In this document: piece by piece, positions 46,274 to 54,724 of the stretch | How the letters are laid out: the number at the start of each line of letters is the position of its first letter | Position numbering within the stretch: the stretch's first letter is position 1 | Assembly (NCBI GenBank): GCA_937870795.1 | Contig: CALMWS010000074.1 | Coordinates: 7,159-71,158 of the forward strand | Reading direction: 5' to 3' | DNA length: 64,000 nt | Origin: an uncultured Bacteroidota bacterium | GTDB taxonomy: Bacteria > Bacteroidota > Bacteroidia > Chitinophagales > Saprospiraceae | Position numbers and translations under genes: made by a program | The notes under the pieces: generated by a model | Told to the model about the DNA's origin: nothing | Seen by the model: only the letters and a program-made list of their open reading frames with translations | Databases searched by the model: none

Positions 46274-47197
46274 GTGCGAAAATTTATATTTAACATATCC
46301 TTCTTTCTGTTTTTGTGGATCGCTCTGCTGACTGTTTTAATGGCAGCCTCACACCTTTGGGTCAAAAGAAATCTCTTTACCAATGCCAATCAGGAAGGCA
46401 ATTTGCTGATCATGCCCAATGGTGTTGGCTACGACTACCTGGTGCTGGGCATCTCACACGGGCGGAATTTATCACGTCGCAGCCACCATGCTTTATTTGA
46501 ATCCGTATTTTCTGCCTCTATGATTAACCTTTCGCAGGGAGAATCTTTGGGAGGCCTGGAAAACCAATCTTTGTATCTAAAGTATTTTTTATCAGGCAAC
46601 AATAAGGCCCGCGAATTAATTCTGGTGCTTTCCCCAAGCCTGATGTTCAATCAACTAACAGATCAATCTGACATTTCCTTCTATCGTGAACCTTTGACAT
46701 GGGATTTTTTCAATTTTGTTGCAAACAATGGTGGAAAGAATAAAAAAAATCAACTTTTCCATTATTTCAAAAGCAAGTTGGGTCATCATTGGTGGACCTT
46801 CAGACCAGATGATCGACATACCTTCGATGGTGTCTTACCGGGCATCGATGTCCAGGCAATGAAAGATGGCTTTCAATTGGCCTATCCTGAAAAATTCAAC
46901 TTATTTGCTTTTAAAAATCGAATGCATGTATTGCACGACCTGGTCAATACAGCCGAAACCTCGGGCATGTCTGTCTCTTTCGTAATTCCACCAGCTGTAT
47001 TTGGTATTTGGCCCGGGCACGGTGCTGTTTTGGCCCATCTGAACCATACTTACCCGGGACGGAAAATTCTGGATCATTCTCAAGCCATCACTCAAAATAC
47101 GTATTATTATGATCACCACCACCTGAATACAGAAGGCATTAAAAAATACCTGGCCATCTTGTATTCAGGTTTGGAACACAGACAACCCAATCATTAA
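46274..47197 (+). CDS. Hypothetical membrane-anchored protein, probable MBOAT partner (DltD/AlgJ/SGNH-like role inferred)
   Basis: The GTG start lies 3 nt after the MBOAT stop. It has an N-terminal TM. The C-terminal YYDHHHLNTEG resembles SGNH block V (DxxH). The functional assignment rests on context only. Confidence 0.6.
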   Translation: MRKFIFNISFFLFLWIALLTVLMAASHLWVKRNLFTNANQEGNLLIMPNGVGYDYLVLGISHGRNLSRRSHHALFESVFSASMINLSQGESLGGLENQSLYLKYFLSGNNKARELILVLSPSLMFNQLTDQSDISFYREPLTWDFFNFVANNGGKNKKNQLFHYFKSKLGHHWWTFRPDDRHTFDGVLPGIDVQAMKDGFQLAYPEKFNLFAFKNRMHVLHDLVNTAETSGMSVSFVIPPAVFGIWPGHGAVLAHLNHTYPGRKILDHSQAITQNTYYYDHHHLNTEGIKKYLAILYSGLEHRQPNH

Positions 47198-47283
47198 TAA
47201 AGCTGGTTTAAAGCCGATCGGTAATGGGGCTATAGGCTGCTTTATTTAATGTAATCTTCCCTTTGTCATTTGCAAAATATTAT

Positions 47284-47291
47284 TACCTTTG
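47284..47291 (+). promoter_or_regulatory. Promoter of the SRP RNA gene (-7 box TAccTTTG with -33 TTTG at 47262-47265)
   Basis: Exact TAnnTTTG, with a TTTG 18 nt upstream. The predicted transcription start about 6 nt downstream coincides with the 5' arm of the SRP RNA closing helix. Confidence 0.5.
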
Positions 47292-47296
47292 CGCCC

Positions 47297-47386
47297 GAGA
47301 GTCGAAGGGCCAGCTCCTGCTGAACTCCCCCAGGGTAGAAATGCAGCAAGGGTAGGTGGTTGAGCGGTTAGCTTTGGCTCTCTTTT
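47297..47386 (+). ncRNA. ffs: Signal recognition particle RNA (small/4.5S type)
   Basis: The domain-IV core CAGG-GUA-GAAA-UGC-AGCA-AGG parallels E. coli CAGG-UCC-GGAA-GGA-AGCA-GCC (GNRA tetraloop plus the conserved AGCA loop). The ends pair (gagag with ctctc, gcca with tggc). A T-run follows, and a matching promoter lies upstream. Confidence 0.7.
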
Positions 47387-47404
47387 CACTTTCAAATTTC
47401 CACC

Positions 47405-48061
47405 ATGTTATTTTTTATCGATACGGCCAATCTTGACCAGATTCAGGAAGCCAAAGACTTGGGTATTCTCGACGGCGTGACTACCAATCCTTCTCTGATG
47501 GCCAAAGAAGGCATTACAGGACAGCAAAACATCCTCAATCATTACAAAGCCATTTGTAATATTGTGGATGGACCAGTGAGCGCAGAGGTTATTAGCACCG
47601 ACTTCAATGGCATGGTCGAAGAAGGCAAACAACTGGCAGACCTGCATGAAAACATTGTGGTCAAAGTGCCCATGATCAAAGAAGGCATAAAAGCAATAAC
47701 CTGGTTTACCGAAAATGGCATCGAAACCAACTGTACCCTTGTATTTTCTGCCGGACAGGCCATATTGGCTGCGAAAGCCGGAGCTACTTACCTAAGCCCA
47801 TTCATTGGCAGAATTGATGATAGCAATTGGGATGGCATGGAGTTGATCAAAGAAATAGCAGAAATATACAGCATCCAGGATTATGATACCCTCATCTTGG
47901 CAGCATCTATCCGTAGCAGCATGCACATTGTGCAAGCCGCTAAATCGGGGGCAGATGTGATCACAGCGCCACTTGCACCTATCATGGGCTTGCTCAAACA
48001 CCCACTTACAGATATCGGCTTGGCGCAATTTCTGGCCGACCATAAAAAAGCAAATGGCTAA
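47405..48061 (+). CDS. fsa: Short-type transaldolase / fructose-6-phosphate aldolase
   Basis: 218 aa. The N-terminus reads FFIDTANLDQIQEAKDLGILDGVTTNPSL. The Schiff-base lysine context is VVKVP. Transaldolase and aldolase activity cannot be told apart from sequence by eye. Confidence 0.9.
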   Translation: MLFFIDTANLDQIQEAKDLGILDGVTTNPSLMAKEGITGQQNILNHYKAICNIVDGPVSAEVISTDFNGMVEEGKQLADLHENIVVKVPMIKEGIKAITWFTENGIETNCTLVFSAGQAILAAKAGATYLSPFIGRIDDSNWDGMELIKEIAEIYSIQDYDTLILAASIRSSMHIVQAAKSGADVITAPLAPIMGLLKHPLTDIGLAQFLADHKKANG

Positions 48062-48083
48062 GCCATAAGCAAGGAATAATAAA

Positions 48084-48126
48084 TAAAAAAAGGCCGGTCT
48101 CCCTCGGAACCGGCCTTTTTATTTTG
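48084..48126. terminator. Bidirectional terminator between fsa and sucB
   Basis: An A-run, then aggccggt (48091-48098) pairing with accggcct (48109-48116), then a T-run. Confidence 0.75.
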
Positions 48127-48133
48127 ATGCTTT

Positions 48134-49342
48134 TTATAAGCCCATCATCAATTTCATGGGATCTTCGAGCAGTTCTTTTACTTTCACCAAAAATGTCACC
48201 GATGTGCTGCCGTCAATGATCCTGTGATCATAGCTCAATGCCAGATACATCATGGGTCTGATTTCAATTTTTCCATCAACTACCACCGGTCTTTCCTTGG
48301 TTGCATGCATGCCCAAAATGGCGGATTGAGGTTCATTGATTATGGGTGTGCTCAACAGTGAACCAAAAACACCTCCATTGGTAATGGTAAAGGTTCCACC
48401 CTTCATCTCTTCAATGCCAAGCTTGCCATCTCTTGCCTTGGTAGCCAGATCCTTGATTTTATATTCAATTTCGTGGAGCTGTAATGATTCTACATTGTGC
48501 ACAGGAGGAACAACCAGGCCATTGGGTGTGGAAATGGCAACAGAAACATCTACATAATCGTGATAAACGATGTCGTTTTCTTCTATTCGGGCATTAACAT
48601 CGGGCATTTGCATCAATACCTGGGCACAGGCTTTTGAAAAAAGCGACATGAAGCCCAATTTGATGCCGTATTTAGCTACGAAGGCCTCCTGGTATTTTTC
48701 TCTCAATTGTAAGATGGCACTCATATCCACCTCATTGAAAGTAGTCAACATGGCCGTTTGGTTTTTGGCACTTACCAGCCTGCTGGCAATGGTTCTGCGC
48801 ATTCGGCTCATTTTTTCTCTCCTTTCTTCCCGTACGCCCGAAACCTTGGGGGCAACTGCAACTACAGGACTTTCTACAGGTTTTTGACTAACGGCTTTTT
48901 GGGCGTCTTCTTTTGTAATTCGACCGTCTCTGCCTGTACCTCCTACTCCAGCTGCATCTACACCTCCCTCTCTCAATATTTTGGCAGCTGCCGGAGAAGG
49001 GTGACCTCCAGGCTGAGGTGTTGAAGCTACACTGGCAGCTATTGGTTCTGGAGCTTTGGCCACCGGGGCACTTGCAGGAGCCGCTGGTGCAACGGTATTT
49101 TGTACCGAAGTATCAATCCTGGCTACCAAAGTACCTATCGACAAGTCATCTCCTTCTTTGGCAACATGGATCAGTTTGCCACTCGCTTCGGCCGGAAACT
49201 CCAGGGTGGCTTTGTCTGATTCAAACTCACAAATGGGCTCATCTATGTTGACAAAATCACCATCTTTCTTTAACCATTGAGACAGGGTTACCTCGGTAAT
49301 GGATTCACCAATGGTGGGAACTTTCATTTCAACAACACTCAT
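48134..49342 (-). CDS. sucB: Dihydrolipoyllysine-residue succinyltransferase (2-oxoglutarate dehydrogenase E2)
   Basis: 402 aa. The lipoyl domain has the motif FESDKATLEF. An Ala/Pro linker and a subunit-binding domain follow. The catalytic C-terminus reads LALSYDHRIIDGSTSVTFL. Confidence 0.9.
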   Translation of the reverse strand: MSVVEMKVPTIGESITEVTLSQWLKKDGDFVNIDEPICEFESDKATLEFPAEASGKLIHVAKEGDDLSIGTLVARIDTSVQNTVAPAAPASAPVAKAPEPIAASVASTPQPGGHPSPAAAKILREGGVDAAGVGGTGRDGRITKEDAQKAVSQKPVESPVVAVAPKVSGVREERREKMSRMRRTIASRLVSAKNQTAMLTTFNEVDMSAILQLREKYQEAFVAKYGIKLGFMSLFSKACAQVLMQMPDVNARIEENDIVYHDYVDVSVAISTPNGLVVPPVHNVESLQLHEIEYKIKDLATKARDGKLGIEEMKGGTFTITNGGVFGSLLSTPIINEPQSAILGMHATKERPVVVDGKIEIRPMMYLALSYDHRIIDGSTSVTFLVKVKELLEDPMKLMMGL

Positions 49343-49358
49343 AATGATTATTTTTTTG

Positions 49359-49366
49359 CAAAATTA
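49359..49366 (-). promoter_or_regulatory. -7 promoter box TAatTTTG upstream of sucB
   Basis: Exact TAnnTTTG on the minus strand, 16 nt before the ATG. A TTTG lies 15 nt further upstream, which is shorter than the usual spacing. Confidence 0.4.
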
Positions 49367-49486
49367 TCAGGTAATTCCTACCAAAGTACAGTTAATGGCA
49401 ACTTTATGAAATTATTTTTAGACCAATTTAAATTTAACTTTAGATTAGTATAAAATAATATTAAAACTAATCAAAAAAAATTCCTT

Positions 49487-50362
49487 TTAATTCGTATCCT
49501 CAGAAAGTTCTTGAAGGTATTTTTTCAAAGAAATCCTCCAATGAGGCGGGTATATATCAAATACTTCCTTGAGCTTACCCAATGACATTACACTCCAGCC
49601 GGGTCGCGGTGCCGGCAAAACATAGGCAGCACTGCTGATGGCTTCAACTTCTGTTTTGGGACTGCTCAGCTGCATAATTTCTTTGGCAAAGCCACACCAA
49701 CTTACTACGCCTTCATTGGCATAATGGTAGGTACCTGCAAAGTTTCCGTCGCTGTTTTCTTTTAGGGTTCTAATGATTTTTTTTATTCCAAGTGCCAAAT
49801 CATGCACAAAGGTTGGTGCCCCCCATTGATCGTCTACCACCTTGATCTTATCTTGTTGACCGGCCAGCCGGATCATGGTTTTTACAAAATTGGGGCCTTC
49901 ATTCCCATACAACCAGCTGGTTCGCAGTATAATGTGTTTCTTATGAAATTGTCGTATCATCACCTCTCCTCCCGCCTTGCTGGCTGCATAAATGCCCCTG
50001 GGATAAAGGGGGTCTTCCTCTTTAAAAGGCCTGCCGGGGTTGTGATGGTAGATGTAATCACTGGAAATATGGATGAGCCAACAATCATTTTGAGCACATT
50101 TTTTTGCAAGTCTTGCAGGACCCAGTACATTGCTTTCCCAACAGGTTTCAATTTCTTTTTCTGCCTGATCCACCCTGGTATAGGCAGCACAGTTGACCAC
50201 TACATCGGGTTTTAACCTGTCGAGAGCATCCATTTTTTTTGCTTCGCCAAGATCAATTTCTTGTCGATTAGTAAAAATCCATTCCACACCCGAAAGCAGG
50301 TTTTGAATACTTTGCAACTCTCTTCCCAACTGTCCGCCGGATCCAATTACTACTACTTTCAT
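49487..50362 (-). CDS. rfbD: dTDP-4-dehydrorhamnose reductase
   Basis: 291 aa with the Rossmann N-terminus KVVVIGSGGQLG and the YAASK catalytic motif. It lies immediately downstream of rfbC with zero gap. Confidence 0.9.
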   Translation of the reverse strand: MKVVVIGSGGQLGRELQSIQNLLSGVEWIFTNRQEIDLGEAKKMDALDRLKPDVVVNCAAYTRVDQAEKEIETCWESNVLGPARLAKKCAQNDCWLIHISSDYIYHHNPGRPFKEEDPLYPRGIYAASKAGGEVMIRQFHKKHIILRTSWLYGNEGPNFVKTMIRLAGQQDKIKVVDDQWGAPTFVHDLALGIKKIIRTLKENSDGNFAGTYHYANEGVVSWCGFAKEIMQLSSPKTEVEAISSAAYVLPAPRPGWSVMSLGKLKEVFDIYPPHWRISLKKYLQELSEDTN

Positions 50363-50902
50363 CTATTTAAAAGGTATGTGGTCTTGAAAAAGTGGTAGCT
50401 CCTTGTCTTTTTGCGACAGTATGATATGATCATTAGAAAGGATCCAGTCGATACCAAGAGCCGGGTCGTCCCACTTAATGCCGGCTTCACTTTCTTTGTG
50501 GTAATATGCATCGCATTTATAAGCAAAAATAGCTTCGTTTGATAGCACTATATAGCCGTGTGCAAAACCCTTGGGTACGAACATTTGTTTTTGATTGGTA
50601 CCGCTCAGTATCAGGGAAAGATGTTTGCCAAAGGTGGCAGATCCCGGACGTAAATCAACAATTACATCCAATACTTCTCCTTTAACTACCCTTACCAGCT
50701 TACTTTGTGCATAAGGAGGGAGTTGATAGTGCAGACCCCTCAAAACACCCTTTGTGGAAAAAGCTTCATTGTCTTGAATGAAATCCACTCCCAATGCCCA
50801 TTTTTCTTTTTGATAGCTCTCAAAAAAGTGGCCGCGTTCATCCTTAAATAGGGTAGGGCTTATTACTTGAACTCCTTCAAATGATGTATTTATCAATTCC
50901 AT
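50363..50902 (-). CDS. rfbC: dTDP-4-dehydrorhamnose 3,5-epimerase
   Basis: I chose the start at MELINTSFEGV (50902). The cupin motifs are DERGHFFESY, RGLHYQ and PKGFAHGY. Confidence 0.9.
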   Translation of the reverse strand: MELINTSFEGVQVISPTLFKDERGHFFESYQKEKWALGVDFIQDNEAFSTKGVLRGLHYQLPPYAQSKLVRVVKGEVLDVIVDLRPGSATFGKHLSLILSGTNQKQMFVPKGFAHGYIVLSNEAIFAYKCDAYYHKESEAGIKWDDPALGIDWILSNDHIILSQKDKELPLFQDHIPFK

Positions 50903-50922
50903 AAAACTTGTCAGATAAATGG

Positions 50923-50930
50923 CAAAACTA
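50923..50930 (-). promoter_or_regulatory. -7 promoter box TAgtTTTG upstream of rfbC
   Basis: Exact TAnnTTTG on the minus strand, 20 nt before the chosen ATG at 50902. This supports the shorter start. Confidence 0.4.
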
Positions 50931-50981
50931 CGTAAAAGGGGGCATTTGGACATTTGTTTTCTTCGCTTCTGCCTTTTTTAG

Positions 50982-50989
50982 TAGTTTTG
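50982..50989 (+). promoter_or_regulatory. -7 promoter box TAgtTTTG upstream of the DUF4442 gene
   Basis: Exact TAnnTTTG, 15 nt before the ATG at 51005. It is divergent from the rfbC box. Confidence 0.4.
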
Positions 50990-51004
50990 AAAAAAACATA
51001 AGCC

Positions 51005-51484
51005 ATGACCACCGACCCTCAATCCTACAGACGTGCATTGATGCATCCGGTCAAATACCGGTTTTATATGTTGTGGCGGTTGCCCAGCCTCATATTTTGG
51101 GGAGTCAAAGTAAGCAACATCAATGAAACAACTTCTACGGTTACAATGAAACACAGGTGGACCAACCAGAACCCGTTTGGGTCTATTTATTTTTCTGCAT
51201 TAAATGGTGCTGCCGAGCTATCAACTGGCATCCTGGTACAAGCTGCCATCCAGGGTAAAAATCCTTTTTCGATGCTGGTTGTAGAATCAAAAGCCAGTTT
51301 CTATAAAAAGGCCAAAGGGATCATAACTTTTAATTGCTCCCAGGGCGATGAGGTCCAGAATACCATCGATGCCCTCAATTCCGAAGGGGGAGATTCCACT
51401 TTATGGCTTTCTTCTAAAGCTACCAATGAAGCGGGTGAATTAATCGGTGAATTTGCTTTTAAGTGGGCTTTGAAGAAAAAATAA
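51005..51484 (+). CDS. DUF4442 (hot-dog/PaaI-like) protein
   Basis: 159 aa. The pattern RLPSLIFWGVKV...HRWTNQNPFGSIYFSALNGAAELSTG matches DUF4442 as I recall it. Confidence 0.75.
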   Translation: MTTDPQSYRRALMHPVKYRFYMLWRLPSLIFWGVKVSNINETTSTVTMKHRWTNQNPFGSIYFSALNGAAELSTGILVQAAIQGKNPFSMLVVESKASFYKKAKGIITFNCSQGDEVQNTIDALNSEGGDSTLWLSSKATNEAGELIGEFAFKWALKKK

Positions 51485-51488
51485 TCCG

Positions 51489-52220
51489 CTATTGAAACCA
51501 CAATTTGAGCACGCCTGCAATGGCAATGACCAGTATGCTGCCCAGTGAAAATTTCCTGAAACTATCAACACTAAAATAAGCCAACATCTGTTTTCCAATA
51601 TAGGATCCGGCTACACTGATGATGAGCAGCACAGGCACATAAATGAGCTGAGGGCCTGCCATGTAACCCTCTTCAAAGTACACGATTGACCTCGCCAAAT
51701 CTACACCCAGGTCTATGGCAGCACTGGTAGCCACAAATCCCTGGATGCTCATGGTATAAGCCGACATGGTCAGACCCCTGATGGCACCACCCGTGCCCAA
51801 AAGCCCGGCAGCAAAGCCAGAGAGGGCTCCGCCCGCTATGCCATTGTTGAGGCTTGCCTCCATTCTCCAGTCAGGACGGTACAACATCACCAAAGCTAAT
51901 AATAGTAAAAATGAATATAAAATCCACTCGAGCATCAATGCATCAAATCGCCCGCTGAGCCAACTGCCCATCACCACACATACCACAGAAGGAATGCCGA
52001 TATTCAGGAGCAGTTTTTTATCCAACCCTTTTCTGAACAAGCCAATCTTTGTGGTATTGGAAAACAGATGAAACAAGGCCGTTAAGCCCAGCACCTGGTC
52101 AAAAGGGAGGAAGAAGGCAGCAATGGGCACAAAGTAAACGGATGAGCCAAAGCCTCCAACTGTGCCTATGATTTCAGCAAGCAAACTTAATAAAACAAAA
52201 TAGAGATTGATTTCAGTCAA
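51489..52220 (-). CDS. TauE/SafE family sulfite/anion exporter
   Basis: 243 aa with about 8 TM and Gly-rich helices (GTVGGFGSS, GLLGTGGAIRG). It has an apparent TTG start. Confidence 0.8.
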   Translation of the reverse strand: MTEINLYFVLLSLLAEIIGTVGGFGSSVYFVPIAAFFLPFDQVLGLTALFHLFSNTTKIGLFRKGLDKKLLLNIGIPSVVCVVMGSWLSGRFDALMLEWILYSFLLLLALVMLYRPDWRMEASLNNGIAGGALSGFAAGLLGTGGAIRGLTMSAYTMSIQGFVATSAAIDLGVDLARSIVYFEEGYMAGPQLIYVPVLLIISVAGSYIGKQMLAYFSVDSFRKFSLGSILVIAIAGVLKLWFQ

Positions 52221-52271
52221 GGTCCTTTCTTATACATTTAAAGATAAGCAATTTTCCGATCAAGTTGACAT

Positions 52272-52299
52272 AAAAAAAGGGAGTCGATCGACTCCCTTT
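52272..52299 (-). terminator. Terminator of hsp20
   Basis: There is a perfect palindrome gggagtcga|tcgactccc (52279-52296). On the minus strand it is followed by a T7 run. Confidence 0.7.
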
Positions 52300-52336
52300 G
52301 ATGTGTTAATTTGAGTTCAGGCTCGCCTGACCGCCC

Positions 52337-52777
52337 TTATGAAATCATGATTTTGTGCGCCTCTTCCACTTTTTCTACCACAGTTTTAGGCAGGGTCAGG
52401 GTCAATAGACCGTTTTCAAAATTAGCCTGAATCATTTTTTCATCTACATTTTCGGGTACATTAAATGTCCTTACAAATGAATTGTAATTGAATTCTGCCC
52501 GATAGTAATTTTCTTTTTCTTCTTTGTTCTCCATCTTTTTCTCTGACTTAATGGTCAACAAACCATCTTTCAGCTTAATGTCAAGGTCTTTCTTTTCAAA
52601 GCCGGGTGCTGCCAACTCAACAATGAATTCTTTTTCATTTTCTTTGATGTTCACAGGCGGAAGGCTGTTGTTGAGGTTAAACTTTTTAGTCCATCCTGCT
52701 GGAAAAAAATCATCAAAAATGTCGCCGAAAACAGGAAGAATATCGGCAGAGTCTCTAAAGAATTTTTGAGGTTTCAT
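52337..52777 (-). CDS. Small heat-shock protein (Hsp20/alpha-crystallin family)
   Basis: 146 aa. The alpha-crystallin core reads PVNIKENEKEFIVELAAPGFEKKDLDIKLKDGLLTI...NGLLTLTLPK. Confidence 0.92.
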   Translation of the reverse strand: MKPQKFFRDSADILPVFGDIFDDFFPAGWTKKFNLNNSLPPVNIKENEKEFIVELAAPGFEKKDLDIKLKDGLLTIKSEKKMENKEEKENYYRAEFNYNSFVRTFNVPENVDEKMIQANFENGLLTLTLPKTVVEKVEEAHKIMIS

Positions 52778-52956
52778 GACCTTATTTTTATTGGGTTATT
52801 CAATTTCATGAACCAACTTTCACGAAGCCGTTTTCGGAACTTCCGACCCCGGACTTTCATTTCCGTTGCCTCATTTTCCTCGATTTTTGTATTACAAATG
52901 TGTAATCAAAACCCAAAATTTGTCAATGACCGTGGTCATCCAATGGGTGACTTATC

Positions 52957-54246
52957 TCATGGATTAATGGTATGTGTGTATGCTACTTGGCCGCTCGCAT
53001 TCTTGAATTCCAATACAAGCCTGCGATCTGCTTTCGGGCCTTCTACCCTGATTTTGGCGTAGTTGCGCACCCCTACCATAGATCCTTCCACACGCCCGGT
53101 ATTAGGCTCTTCCGGGTGCGCCGTTGTGGAAGAAGTAAGTGCAGAACTGGTTATATCATAAACTTTGATGCCCGAAGGACTGGTCCAGGCCGTAAGCTCT
53201 GAATGATGTCGGTCTCCTGTTAGAAATACAACACCTTTGATTTTATATTGATCAATGGCATCCAACAATTTTTGTCGTTCTGCTACATAGATGGCGTGAT
53301 TTTCAAATACCCTGGCATCACTTAATGTCTGTCCTCCAATGCAAACAAATTTGAAGCTGGCACTGCTGTATCGCAAAGCTTCAATCAGCCAATTGAGCTG
53401 TTTCTCTCCGAGTATTTCTCCACTGGGGGATTGAGGACTGCGGTACCAGCGATTGTCCATCAAAAAGAAATCGGCATCACTGCGCGAAAAGGCCCCTGTT
53501 ATACCCTCCGTATCTCCGGCCCCATATACAGGGTTGGCCCAAAAATCACGAAAGGCAGCTCTCGTCCATTGCTTGCCGTAATAAGAGCGATCTGAATCGT
53601 TTGGCCCGTAATCGTGGTCATCCCATATTGCATATTGCGGTGTATTGGCCAAAAGTGGTTGCAATTCTTTGAGAGCCCGTGTATGACTGTATCTGTGATA
53701 AATGCCCGACTTGCTGTCCCAATCCGCTTCTCGCAGATAGGTATTGTCACCCAACCAAACCATGAAGTCAGGTTTATCGCGATAGATTGCATCGAGTATC
53801 TGATAATCTCCTCCATAAGGTTTGCCTGGCCGGTCATAAGCCTCTTCGTTGATGTAAAAACACGAGCCCGCTACAAAATCAAAATCAGGTGCATCTCCCC
53901 TCCATTTCCATACGGCAGGGGTTTCAAATTTTTGTTCATGATGTGCTTTGATGGCCTTGCCATTGACCAGAATTTCATATCGGTAAATGGTGCCGGGTAC
54001 AAGGTTTCTTGCCGTAAGATGGGCTGTATTGCCATGTTTTACCTTTGTGGTTTCTGTTTCTCCAATTACCGCCAACTTGGGTTGTGCCTCAGGCCAATAC
54101 TTTAATTGCACAGGTCCGGCCTGCATCGTCTGCACCCAAATGGTGGCTTCCTGATAAGTAACATGACCAACCATGGGGCCGGATGCCAACTGGGCAAATC
54201 CCAAAAGCGGTAATAAAAAGGCAATGACAAAGCTCGTATGTTTCAT
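52957..54246 (-). CDS. phoD: PhoD-like alkaline phosphatase / metallophosphatase (exported)
   Basis: I chose the start at MKHTSFVIAFLLPLLGFAQ (54246). The motifs are FMVWLGDNTY, WDDHDYGPND and LTGDRHHSEL. Confidence 0.85.
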   Translation of the reverse strand: MKHTSFVIAFLLPLLGFAQLASGPMVGHVTYQEATIWVQTMQAGPVQLKYWPEAQPKLAVIGETETTKVKHGNTAHLTARNLVPGTIYRYEILVNGKAIKAHHEQKFETPAVWKWRGDAPDFDFVAGSCFYINEEAYDRPGKPYGGDYQILDAIYRDKPDFMVWLGDNTYLREADWDSKSGIYHRYSHTRALKELQPLLANTPQYAIWDDHDYGPNDSDRSYYGKQWTRAAFRDFWANPVYGAGDTEGITGAFSRSDADFFLMDNRWYRSPQSPSGEILGEKQLNWLIEALRYSSASFKFVCIGGQTLSDARVFENHAIYVAERQKLLDAIDQYKIKGVVFLTGDRHHSELTAWTSPSGIKVYDITSSALTSSTTAHPEEPNTGRVEGSMVGVRNYAKIRVEGPKADRRLVLEFKNASGQVAYTHTINP

Positions 54247-54298
54247 GACTTGCAAATTTTGAACAAGATACGAACTTTGTTTTTTTGCCATGTTTAAT

Positions 54299-54724
54299 TT
54301 AATGTAAACATACTTGTTCGAATAGCTCAAGTAAGCCGGAACCATGGTCGGTGGGCCTGCCTGTTTTTAAGTCTATGTAAACAAAAGAGGTCTCCATGGT
54401 GCAACAAACCAATTCTTCTTTTTTCATTTCAAATTTTACTTTGAGTGATTTGTTGTCATAAGCCAAAAGGGCCGATTCAATCACTATTTTATCCAGAGCG
54501 TTGACAGGCCTTTTGTAGAGGATCTGATGAGCCGCTACGACCCATGCCTTGCCCTCAGTTTTGCTGTGCTGGTATATGTCAAGCTGGTAATGCGCACTCA
54601 ACTGATCTTCACGGGCATTTAAAAAATAATCTATGTACATACTGTTGTTGAGATGACCCAATGGATCACAATGCTGAAATCGAACAATGGCTTCGGAACT
54701 AAGCTTCTTCTCTATTGATGTCAT
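54299..54724 (-). CDS. Acyl-CoA thioesterase (4HBT/YbgC-like hot-dog fold)
   Basis: 141 aa. The N-terminal RFQHCDPLGHLNNSMYIDYF is typical of 4HBT thioesterases. Confidence 0.8.
   Translation of the reverse strand: MTSIEKKLSSEAIVRFQHCDPLGHLNNSMYIDYFLNAREDQLSAHYQLDIYQHSKTEGKAWVVAAHQILYKRPVNALDKIVIESALLAYDNKSLKVKFEMKKEELVCCTMETSFVYIDLKTGRPTDHGSGLLELFEQVCLH

Noticed and set aside
52766-53062. A 98-aa plus-strand ORF spanning the hsp20-phoD spacer.
   Set aside because: It overlaps the ends of both flanking minus-strand genes. It has no promoter box or motif and its composition is typical of non-coding translation.
54247-54345. The N-terminal extension of phoD overlapping the thioesterase gene. 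The same applies to 50903..50953 for rfbC and 61848..61898 for the MCM-like gene.
   Set aside because: Internal Met codons give proper signal peptides or family-typical N-termini. For rfbC and the MCM-like gene they are also preceded by TAnnTTTG boxes.
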